Below are positions 53,601 to 64,000 of a DNA stretch of 64,000 nt, one piece after another. Below the pieces are notes generated by a model that was not told the origin of the DNA, made no database searches, and was given only the letters and a program-made list of their open reading frames with translations. The position numbers and the translations under genes were made by a program. The first letter of the stretch is position 1, and every line of letters begins with the position of its first letter. Where the stretch lies: contig CM119265.1 of NCBI GenBank assembly GCA_051294375.1, positions 21,886,278 through 21,950,277 on the forward strand, in the 5' to 3' direction. This stretch comes from Paraspadella gotoi. Lineage: Eukaryota; Animalia; Chaetognatha.

Positions 53601-56365
53601 ACGTTTCTCTGGCCTCAGAAAAAAATATAATATTTCAAAAAAAGACCCCGCGGCGGAACTTTTTTAACATTTTCATTGTGTGCTCGAAAATTAAGACCAA
53701 AACAAACTCGGCTTTAACTCCTAAGTCATAAATCGTTCGTCTTAATAACCGGTGGAATTTTAAGGCTCCGTACATGCCCTCCCCCTTCTCGCCGCATCGC
53801 CCCTCCCCCACTCCCCCCTCGACCTCTTTCCCCTGTTCTCGCTCTCTCTCGTCGTTCGAACTCCTTTCCTTATTTAGAATCAGAAAATAAATATTTAACG
53901 ATTAACTGGAGGCGAAAACCGAAGTAGAGCAGGCGTTAGCGTTTGGGTATTTTTTCTTCGAAATTTATGACAAATGCACGTCGTTTATCACGAACCCTAC
54001 TTTTCTTTGATTGATTACAATTTTTTTTTGGAATAGCATGACTTTGATACGTAACTATAAATTAAATGCTGCGAGCAGGAGGATTCTTCGAACGATTATG
54101 ACATGCTCTAGAGTATATGACAGCTTAGATACTCGGTTCATAGCTAAAAAGAAGGTTCTAATTGCTAAGTACTTATCACCAATCACTTTTTCTTCCCTCA
54201 GAGAAAAATTTAACCTTTCACACGTACAATTTGTCTCGACAATTATCATTCCCGGTTTACCTAAACACTAAATGTTCTCTGTCCCCTTTCCCCCTTTCCC
54301 CCACCTTCCCCATCCTCCATGACCCCAACCCTACAGAAAAGAAAGAATCCCACCTGATCCTCCGAGTCTTCGAATCCTGGTTCTCCACTTCCTTCGGCGA
54401 ATGTCCCGTCAGCTACGAATGGACCAAACTCTCCGACATTTATTGGCCCCGTTGGGTCAGGAAGGGCACCTGTTCCTCCTCCTCTTCCTCCTTTTCCTCC
54501 CCCCTCTCTCCCTCCTCGCGCCTCTACCGACGCGACGAGTCCTACTCCCCGCTCTCCTTCGCTCTCCCCCACCCGCAGTCTCAGCAGCTGCAGCAGGAGT
54601 CGCCGCATCTGGCCTGGGCGCGGGAGCTGGAATCCAGCTGTTCCTGGCCGCCAGGGATGCGGTGCCGCCCCTCGCGGGAGAAGAAGACGTTGAAAATTCT
54701 TAGGTGGCACTGCCAGCGGCGTTTGGCGCGCCGGAAGTCGGCGTCGGCGGCGCCGGGAACATTTAGGCGCCGGACGAAGATGCGTTGCCGATGGGTGAAG
54801 GTGCCGTACTTGGTCACGGATGACTGCGAATGTGGATTGTGAAAAAGAAAAAGTGTTTTTAAATCGGGTAATATGTGAGTAGAAAAGAAAGTTCCAATAA
54901 GCCAATTTATTTTTTTTTTAAATATCGACGACGATTGACTTTTCGTTTAGTTTGATTTCTCATTTTAACTTGAAAACAATTTCAAAGATCTTTAGGATTT
55001 GCAAGTGCCAACTATGTTTGAATTAAGTTTCGAATTTACAATGGAGCAAGACTTATAAGTGCAAATCAAAACCTGAAAGCAAAAGAAAAAAATAAAAGAT
55101 AATTTTGATAATTTTTATTTTTAATCGTAATCGATTGAGAATCGGTCCAAAAATTTTTTTCCGCTAAATTCAAACAGTTTTTACTTGTAAATCACTCTAT
55201 GAAACGAGATTTAACTTTAAATGTGAAATGAAACGAAACGAAAAGTCGATAAAAACTAAATGAGCGTATTAGAGCTTCCTATTCTAACTATGGGTGCATT
55301 GTATGGACTATGGATCAGTGCTGAGCGAACGATGTTGTGAGTAATAGACTATTTCATTAGTCTTCAAAAGCCTGGAGTGATGGAGTATGGATGATTGAAT
55401 TACCTTTTTAACAAATTAAACTTTTCTACTTTGGGCAATTTTATTTAAAACAGTCCTTGTACTCCCTGTAATTTTACTTTCGTTGCGTATGTCCATAAAT
55501 GAATATCACAATGCCATTTTCCTTGCAATTTATTTCATCATTGTAATTTGTATTGAAACAAATCGGTTTAGCTCTTTGTCAAAATCCTTAATTCCGCATT
55601 ATGTACGTACCTAAGTCAAAGCGCTATCTTTCTAAGATCCCAAGGCTACAAAGTATTCCAACTTCTGCCAGTTGTTTTGACAAAGATCCTTTACATAAAT
55701 ACCATCATTGTTTTTAATACTTTAGTAAGATTTACCTTTTCTGACAACATGTAGACGACCACATCCAGACAATGTTATTTATGATACATTTTCGCACTCT
55801 AGTTAACTTTACTTTTGAATCATTTACAGTTTAAAAGTGCAACATTGACGTTTCAAGTCTGCATTAGTCGAACTCGTGCCATCCGGATTTTTTCTCCGAT
55901 AACGTTAGAAATTTTCTTTTGTTTTTGTTTACCGAAATAACACGTTTCCTATTTTCACAGGGATTGCTTACCACGAGTAGTGTTTTGTTTTTTTCATTCT
56001 CTCCTGCTGGGAACATTTTTATTGTTTTTATTGTAATCGATATAATATTTTGTCCTTTTCGATGTAACTCAATTCTTAAAATGCACGTAGCCTAGAAAAT
56101 TGTTTTTTAATGGATGTAATTAATCGTTGTACATATATTATATAAAGTCACCAATAAGCTTAGTTTATTTAAAAAAATATGCTTAAAGAGAATCTAGTAC
56201 ATACGAACAACATGAACAACATAGAATTAATGCCCTGGTGAAAAGCGATGGAAATTGGACAATGATGATACTCGTAACTACAAATCAATCAAACATTTGA
56301 ACGATATGGTTTACATTATATGGGTACAAACTATATAAAAAAATTATTCATTCATTCAATAAACA
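50619..56365 (+). repeat. Third, slightly divergent copy of 37135-42995 (probable alternative haplotype), continuing into unique flank
   Basis: Collinear with copy A but with substitutions and indels (e.g. AGTATCTGG vs AGTATGTGG; 7-nt insertion near 52961; one rather than two copies of a ~22-bp unit before exon 3). It starts after a 25-N gap. Confidence 0.9.
50961..54842 (+). CDS. nog: Noggin-like protein, copy C (exon 2 50961-51784, exon 3 54337-54842); best-preserved reading frame
   Basis: ORFs 51103..51822 and 54162..54842 join in phase 1 at CCAG|GTGAGA / CTACAG|AA, giving ...FSPKKQHLKRRKLLRQMSDDFDAAWMA...GFNPEKKESHLILRVFESWFSTSFGECPVSYEW...DDCECGL*. Eight of the nine Noggin C-terminal cysteines and the W/P/Y signature residues are present. 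Confidence 0.88.
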
Positions 56366-56790
56366 ATGGACACTGTACAGGCTATTTATTACAGACAAAC
56401 TTTACTTGTACAAACAAATCAAGCGAGGTGTCGCTCTTGATAGTTTTTTAAGTAAAAAAAAACAAAAGGCTGCCGCTGAAAATATGAATGAACCGTCAAC
56501 CGTCAGTTCTTTACATATTATCCTCTAGATTATCTAAAGTTTATTGTTCAAGCCTTTTCAAGAGCTAACAAAATAGCAATCATCTATCTGTTTATATCGC
56601 TCGCCCTAAAATAAAAGTGTATTGCCGTATAGGAGGATAAAAAGTTGTTTATGGTCATCATCGATTCGAAAAATGAAACGATAAACAAGAGAGAAAAAAA
56701 AAAACGAGGAAACAAAAGGTATTTGCTTTGAGATTATCATATGTAGTAGTAACGTCGCGAGTAATAATAAATTCCAGTTCGCTAACAACG

Positions 56791-57035
56791 TCATCTATCG
56801 AGAAACAAGGCTTTGGAGGTTCTTCTCTCGGCGGTTTCTTCCGGCTTTAGGGACGACATGACGGCGTAACCGTCATAGGGGACGGCTGCGACAGCGAGAT
56901 GGTCGGGGACGTTGCCAACGTGGATCGACACATCGGCAGCGGATGCGGCGGCGGCGGCTTCGGCGATCTTTGACCGCCGGGTCTTGAAATACATCGTGCT
57001 GCTTTCGTATTCAGTGTGAATTACGTACGATTCGC
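56791..57035 (-). CDS. Terminal coding exon of an unidentified gene, convergent with noggin-like
   Basis: Strong acceptor TTTTTTTTTCCGCCAG|, then a GC-rich open frame (G)ESYVIHTEYESSTMYFKTRRSKIAEAAAAASAADVSIHVGNVPDHLAVAAVPYDGYAVMSSLKPEETAERRTSKALFLDR* in AT-rich surroundings. Confidence 0.55.
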
Positions 57036-58629
57036 CTGGCGGAAAAAAAAACGGCGGGTGTTAGTTCAACCACGATTTTTACAAGCAAATAAAATGATAA
57101 TAAAATGTATAATTAATGCTGCCTTGCACGGTTTTGATAAAATTAAATCTCTTTTTTGTTAGTTTTTCTTTTTGGTTAAAGCGTGCTAGACAGATTGGTT
57201 TTAAGCAAAATTAAAAGTTAGAAATATAGTTTGGGTATGAAAAAAATTAAAAAAGGACTATATGAGAATTTGAAGCAAAGGCTTGATCTTAGTATTACAT
57301 AGAAAATCGGTGAATAAACAAAAGATACAATCAGGAGTCGATTTTTTTTTGGTTTTTGCTATAACAGATTAAAAAAACGTTACAAATTCATGCTGCGGTG
57401 ATTTTTTACTGTTTGCGGCAAATTATGGTGGCAACGGCTTATTCCCTTTCTAGTTTGATTCGGGATCGGCCGGTTTTTTTTTTTATGTTTTTTTTTTTTT
57501 TGGTTCCTTGTGGTGATTATTATTTTTACGAGACAGAAGCTTTAGGAATAATTAAACGGTATGAAATTAATAGATTGTTGAAGTGGGGAGACTATTTTCG
57601 TAGTTATTTTGGACCACTCCGTAATTTTAGCGACATACTTTACCCTTAGGTAATAAGACTATTCCCGAACCGGATAGAAAGTAATGTAAAATTCTACTTG
57701 CGTTTATTTAAAGGTTTCGGGTTAAAATAAAGTTTCTGAAGCTAAATCTGCAGAGTTGAAGGGATTAATCGAGAAAGGAGAGAAAACAAAACATGTTAAA
57801 AAAGAAGTAGCAACGATGATAATGATGAAGTGATAGCTTTTGAAATCTCACCATTCTCTTAAAGGTAAATCTTGAAAGAAGAAACGGGACAAAATTAAAA
57901 AAAAAAACGAGGGAAAGAAAAGAGAAAAAAAAAGTTTAGTCGAAACGAGAGAAATTTCCATGCGTCACGAGAAAAAGCGTCAAATCTTTGAAAAAAAAAT
58001 GTGACGACACAAACCGACGTAAAAATCGGTAAAAAAAAATCGTAATAATAAAAAAAAAACCACAAACTTCTGATTATTCAAATTATTACCATCGCGAAGA
58101 ATGTTGATCTTTTAGCTTTTGTTTACTAACGTGGCTCTACATTTTTTTGGAACGGTGCATAGAAAGTTGTTTTTTTTAACAAAATTTTTGAATTCTCGTT
58201 TTTCAAAACTGAATGAACAAAAGAGCTCTTTTATTTCATGTAAATTTTTTAAGTCTAAACAAAGTTTAACAAACAAAAGACACCAACGACCACAATTTCG
58301 AATTGATTCAACTCAGTTAATTTAAAAGTTTCAATCGAGTTGTCAGTCAGTCAAACAGTTAAAAAGTCCGTCGATTCGTAAAGAGAGAGAATAGAGAGAG
58401 ATTCATCATTATTGTTACCGTTTCGCCGATAGCTGTTGCATATATATATATATATGCCATCCTTCTTCTCAGACGAAGATTTTTCTTTCGTTCGCGATAC
58501 CATTACCATCAGACAAAATTATTTCGGTTTGCTAATGGTTCTAATCCCGTAGGCACATAAAAACGTTTACTATATTCTCTATGACAGGGATGTCAAGCCC
58601 TTGATCTGTAACATAAAGCTGACTTAGTC

Positions 58630-61600
58630 ACCAGTAGTGTTTTCGTTTTTTCATTCTCTCCTGCTGGGAACATTTTTTATTGTTTTACTTGTAAATCGTA
58701 TAATATTTTGGCTCCGCCTTTTCGACTGTAACCTCAAAGCTTCTTCAAAAATATATAGAACGATTATGCTATATATATATTTAGGGATGATGGTGAATTA
58801 ATGAGAGAGAGTGGAGGAGTGAGGTAGGGTGAGGAGGAAGTGAACAGGCAAACCTAGAGCTTTACTGAGTGTATGTATAAGGAAGAAATAATAGAAGTGA
58901 ACAGTAAAAACGATAAGAATCATCAGTAGCAAGTTCTTACAAAGAGAAACCAACTATGGAACTGACATATGAATTAAATGCCTGCGCTGTCAATAAGAGT
59001 ATTGCGAGATTCAGAAGACTCACCTCTGGCTGTAAACTACATCAATGCACACGATTGAACGAGTACTGAAGCTGCTAGTAACAATAAAGAAACAAAGCTT
59101 CGGTGACACAGTCCCAAGAGTTTCTCTACAAGAACTAATGAGTGTATAGATTATACAATTATGTCCGAAAATTACATCAGATTTTACAATAAGACAAGAT
59201 CACTACTCTGTCTAGAGTACAACATGGCTGAGTTAATTACAGACAAACTTAACCTTGTACAACACATCAAGCATTCCCTCCTGCACAGTCAGGAACGAGC
59301 TGTCGCTCTTAATATATATGATGAATGAAGTTATGCTTCTTACACTAATCAAGTTATAAAAAACAAAAGCAGCCGTTGCCGCTAAAAAGATATGTAGTGA
59401 AACATCCGTCAAAAACACAGGCATATTGGGCAGTTCTTTACAATATTTACTCCACCTATGATTTATCTAAAGTATCAGTTGTTCAACTAAAGATTGCGTC
59501 AGCCAGATGAATTAGTCCGAGCTTTTTCAATGAGAAGAAATAAGCACATCTCATTACCTATCACTGTTTTAATCGCTTTCACAGGCTCACATATCTCATA
59601 AGTAGAATGTATACTTGTCATAATAAAAAGTTCGCTTTTGATTTTTGAGTCATCCCTGATGCGAATATAAAACCGATACACAGCAAGAAGAGCAATAAAA
59701 AACAATACAGAGACACCAAAAGGTATTGTGCGTATATGTTACGATTTTATCGGACGAAAATGTGGAAGGTCTATAGTTTGTGTGAACGTTCGCGCCGAGT
59801 AATAATAAAATTCCAGTTCGCTAACCCATAGTAATATATATAGATTATATATATATAGATATATAATCTACTTCGGCGGTTTTCTACTTAAGATCAGTTC
59901 TCGGCTTTTATGGGTATACGATCTCGACGTCACGCGCACACCGAGACTATCCATACTAGACCTTACCGGCATTGCCGAATTCAAACACCGGCAGACGATT
60001 TGGTCCTGCCTCGCCCGAGCACCCGCTTGAACCCAACTCGTGGATCGACCATCGGCATGGCGGATGCGGTCTGCAGCCGGCGGCCTCGAGCCCGACTCTG
60101 ACCGCCGGGTCTATGAATGCACTCTCGGGTGCTGCTCGTTCAAGAGTATTCAGACTTTAGATTTTTATCAGTACGATTCGCTCTGCGAAGAGAAAAGGAG
60201 AACACGAGACGGGATCTTTTAGTTGCAAACACCACCAGATTTTTTACAAGCAAATAAAATGATAATAAAATTGCTATAAATTACCATAGTACATATTGCC
60301 AACTAACCTTCCTTGCAAAACGGTTTTGATATATTCAACTCTTTTTTGTTTAGTTAATTAATCTTCTTTTTGGTTTACATCAAATGGGCGTCCTGCTAGA
60401 CAGATTGGTTCTTTCCACACAGGCTTTTCCACGAACATATTAGTTTGGGTATCGCTTATAAAACAAACTTAAAAATATCGGACTATATGAGATATTATAG
60501 GTGACCACAGGACTTGAATCTTAAGTATTCACATAGAAAACTCGTTGAATACAAACAAAAGATACAATCAGCGAGCTCGATTTTTTTTTTCGGTTTTTGC
60601 TATACACCAGTCCGACCCACAGCATTAAAAAACGCTTTAACATATGTACATATCATGCGGCGGTGATTTTTTACCAGTAGGTGTCCTTGCTTGTGCTCCT
60701 GCACAAATTATTATCGAATTTGGCTACGGCCTCTTATTGATCCCCCTTTCTAGGTGGTTGTATTTCTGGGGGATTTCTTGCTTGGCCGTTGGGGTGGGTT
60801 TTTTACTTTTTTATGTTTATCTCAATTTTTTTTCTTTGGTTCATCCCTGCCTCGGTCTGAATTCTTCACTGAACACTTATCTCACGAAGTCAGCTAGAAT
60901 AGCGCTTATCAGGTAATAGACTCTAATAGTCGGTAGACTCAGGTACAAGTAAATAGATTGTTGAAGTGGGGAGACTATTTTCGTGAGAGTTAATATTCGA
61001 GGCTTGCGTCCACCCATCCGTAATCTTAGCAGACATACTTTACCACTAGGTCATTCCTGAAGTACTAGTTACCACAGTGAATACGGAGATAAGAAATTGA
61101 AGTGATTAATGTAATCAGGTTGCGTGACACTGTGATCTCAGTTCTAGTATCTTTAATTGGAGAGGAGTGCTTGTTCGGTGTTATTAACAGTACATAGTAT
61201 TTCTTCTGACTTAGCTAGACATACATCGCACAGTTGACAAATGGAGACTTACATCGTTCCAGAATAAGGAGTAAGACCATTAACAAAAACCAGGTGGATT
61301 CGTATATAACAAAGGAAGTGGGTATTCATTAACACAGGAAAGATTCAATCCCGATGAAGTGATAGCTTTTTTGAAATCTCACCCATTCTCTTAAGAGAGC
61401 GTAATTCGTGAAAAAGAAACCGAGGGATCAAAGACCAATATATAAGAGATACATCTCCTTATAATAATAATCGAGGAGACCCCACAGAAAGGGACATATA
61501 TACAAGTATAGGTCTAGTCGAAACAGAGAGCACTAATATCCATAGCGTCCACGAGAACAGAGTCGGAGCGTCAAATCATTGAAGAAAGAAATATGTGACA

Positions 61601-62100
61601 GAACACAAAGGATTCACCTACGTAAAATGCGAGGTTATTAAAAAAGTCTGTATACCATAAATTATCAGAAAGATCACCACAAACTTACTGCATATGTATT
61701 ATTTCTAGAATTATTACGCCATGCTGAGCGAGATTAATGTTGATGCTGTCTATAGCTTATTTAGTTACTACAGGCTGGGCTGCGTCATCGATTTTTTCTC
61801 TATTTGTGGATTAAAGCGTGAGTAGCACTTAGAATGAGTCTTTAAGTGTTTTTTAAGCCGAAAATTTTTGATATTATTTCGTCGTTTTCTCTTATATTTT
61901 CAAGATTATACTGGAAGATGTTAGATAGCAAGATTAAGCAGCTACTCTAATATTATCCTATGTAAATTTTTGTGGTGAGAGTGCATAAACAAAGCGACAA
62001 AAATATAGTGGCTCTTAGCATTCAACAAGGCACATCAGAAAACGACCTAACCCTCCACAGAAAAAGTTATACGGATACAAGACTGATACAAACTTCAGTT
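58630..62100 (+). repeat. Insertion-riddled collinear copy of ~55972-58320 (looks like raw long-read sequence)
   Basis: Anchors recur in order: CATTCTCTCCTGCTGGGAACATTTTT (~55995 / ~58652), AGTAATAATAAA(A)TTCCAGTTCGCTAAC (56760 / ~59798), TACAAGCAAATAAAATGATAATAAAA (57080 / 60245), AATAGATTGTTGAAGTGGGGAGACTATTTTCG (57569 / 60952), GATGAAGTGATAGCTTTT (57824 / 61353). The copy is ~1.5x longer. Confidence 0.85.
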
Positions 62101-62724
62101 ACCCTGGTGGATATTATAGTCTTAGATCGGAGTTTGTAAGATCAGGTTCACTATGATGACACTTCAAAAGAGGTCCGATCGACTTCGTCGGGAGATGATG
62201 CAATTGAAGCCAGGTTGCCGATTTTGCTCCAGTCAACTGCGAGGTCGGAGCCTCTTCTACAGTGAAGTTTGGAAACAATCGCGCTTCGTCATCCTTCGAA
62301 ATCGTACGTCACTATCTACGTGAAGGTGTCGTCGACCGAAGGAAGCAGGACAATATTCACGAGACGGCACCATACCGTCCAGGGTGGATAAGGAGATCAT
62401 CTTCCCCAAGCCCCGTGAACTCCTTCTTCTCTTGACACTTTTTCTCGTTCCGGGGTTTAGTGGCCGCGTGTAAGTTACAGCCGCAACACGGTCGACGCTG
62501 TTGACATGCTGCTCGGAGTTCGACCTTTTGCGAGGCAGCGTCCATTGCCCGGCTCAGTCGAGGGGACGAGTCGAAACTGACGACTTCCGGTTGCGCAGAG
62601 CGGAGGGGGCGTGCTCGCGTGCCGTGGACGGCCGTCGCTTCGGATATCGACGATGGGGGTCGTCGTCGTCGCGGCCGACGTCGGAACTGAGTGAAGGGGC
62701 GGATTGATTCATTGATTATAATTT

Positions 62725-63690
62725 TTTAAATTTATTTATTTACTTTTTATTTATTTTTTTAAATTTATTTATTTATTTATTTTTATTCATTTATTTATTT
62801 TTATTTATTTATTTTTTTAAATTTATTTATTTTATTTATTAATTTTAATATACTTATTTATTTTTATTTATTTATTTATTTACATTTATTTATTATTTAT
62901 TTTATTTTTAATTTATTTATTTATTTTTTATTTATTTATTTATTATTTATTTATTTATTTATTTTATTTATTTATTTATTTATTTATTTATTATTTATTT
63001 ATTTATTCAAGTACATCATGTACAATTATTTTTTGTTCATTTTTCTTTCTTCAAAATGTTCCAAATTTTTCCGTTTTTTAAATATAATTTTTTATCAAAA
63101 TGATTCTNNNNNNNNNNNNNNNNNNNNNNNNNGATTCGTCACGTGAACTCATTTGTGTACCAGTCATAATTGTCTGTCGAGAATCGATCAGTCACTTCAA
63201 CCTCAACTCGAGTCTCTCACCCGGAAGTTTCGTCGAGCCGAAGAGACGCTTTTTCCGACGCCACCGACTCTTTTCTTCGCGTCGGGGCGCCGTTGGTTCG
63301 CGGCGGCGACGTCGGACGCCGAGTCGACGACCAAGGCAGCGTCAATGCCGGCGGTCAAGTCGAGGGGACGATGTCGAAACTGACGACTTCCGGTTGCCAG
63401 AGCGGAGGGGGCGTGCTCGCGTGCCGTGACGGCCGTCGCTTCGGATATCGACGATGGGGTCGTCGTCGTCGCGGCCGACGTCGGAACTGGTGAAGGGGCG
63501 GATTGATTCATTGATTATAATTTTTAACTTGTTTATTTATTTACTTTTTATTTATTTTATTTAATTTATTTATTTATTTTATCTTTATTTTATTCATTTA
63601 TTATATTTTTATTATTTATTTTTTTAATTTATTTATTTTTATTATATTATTATTTTATATATTATTTATTTATGTATTTATTTATTTATT
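62725..63690. repeat. (TTTA)n low-complexity tracts (62725-63005 and 63520-63690), duplicated across a 25-N gap
   Basis: Directly visible. Both tracts follow the same GAAGGGGCGGATTGATTCATTGATTATAATTTTT sequence. Confidence 0.9.
63133..63486 (-). CDS. Probable coding exon of an unidentified gene (noisy; partially duplicated at ~62480-62690)
   Basis: Acceptor-like CCCCTTCACCAG| followed by a GC-rich open frame VPTSAATTTTPSSISEATAVTAREHAPSALATGSRQFRHRPLDL.... It may be an upstream exon of the 57035-56791 gene. Confidence 0.4.
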
Positions 63691-64000
63691 TAATCTCTCT
63701 CTTATCGTTCTGCCTTTTACAACTTTCTAACCTTTCTAAATTGTTTAAGCGTTTGTTTGACAAGTGTATTAGCGCTAGAAATTAGTACGAAACGGTGCGC
63801 ATTACCCAATTAGCGAAAAATCGCATTCATCATTGTAGCTGTCCGAATATAAATGATTTCGGGGTCAACATGACGTTCGAAAAATCCGTTTTGTCCATGA
63901 AATTTTACCCCGGGAAACAAACTACAAGCCCCTGAGGATTCGTCAATTTTGTTATGATTACTTTCAGATATATAGTATTTATCTGAAATTATTCTATTTC

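Noticed and set aside
59233-60916. ORFs in the 58.6-62.1 kb block
   Set aside because: They lie within the error-rich copy of 55972-58320.

Overview
Intron-rich eukaryotic (animal-like) genomic DNA from a noisy draft scaffold. It has many N gaps (five exactly 25 N long), abundant microsatellites and homopolymer indels, and no prokaryotic features. Supportable genes: (1) GLYR1/NPAC (PWWP + low-complexity linker + beta-HAD dehydrogenase; + strand 1090-4969). Unusually, it keeps the catalytic Lys that is Met in human NPAC. (2) A phase-consistent orphan gene on the - strand (10733-7907) with two alternative terminal exons, one a Cys-rich transmembrane tail and one a soluble tail. Its intron holds an LTR-like unit fused to a 47-nt copy of mature tRNA-Leu (position 38 to CCA). 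(3) A complete 9-exon, ~407-aa N-terminally anchored EEP phosphodiesterase resembling bacterial-type sphingomyelinase C (+ 17569-21063). (4) A spliced noggin-like cystine-knot gene with a long N-terminal region, a 55-aa loop insertion and no terminal dimerisation Cys. It appears three times (+ 34625-41472, - 49934-45939, + 50961-54842). (5) Fragments of an unidentified - strand gene at the right end. Most large duplications here are probably assembly or gap-filling artefacts: the 3-kb and 1.4-kb tandems, the 6178-bp exact inversion and the insertion-riddled copy at 58.6-62.1 kb.
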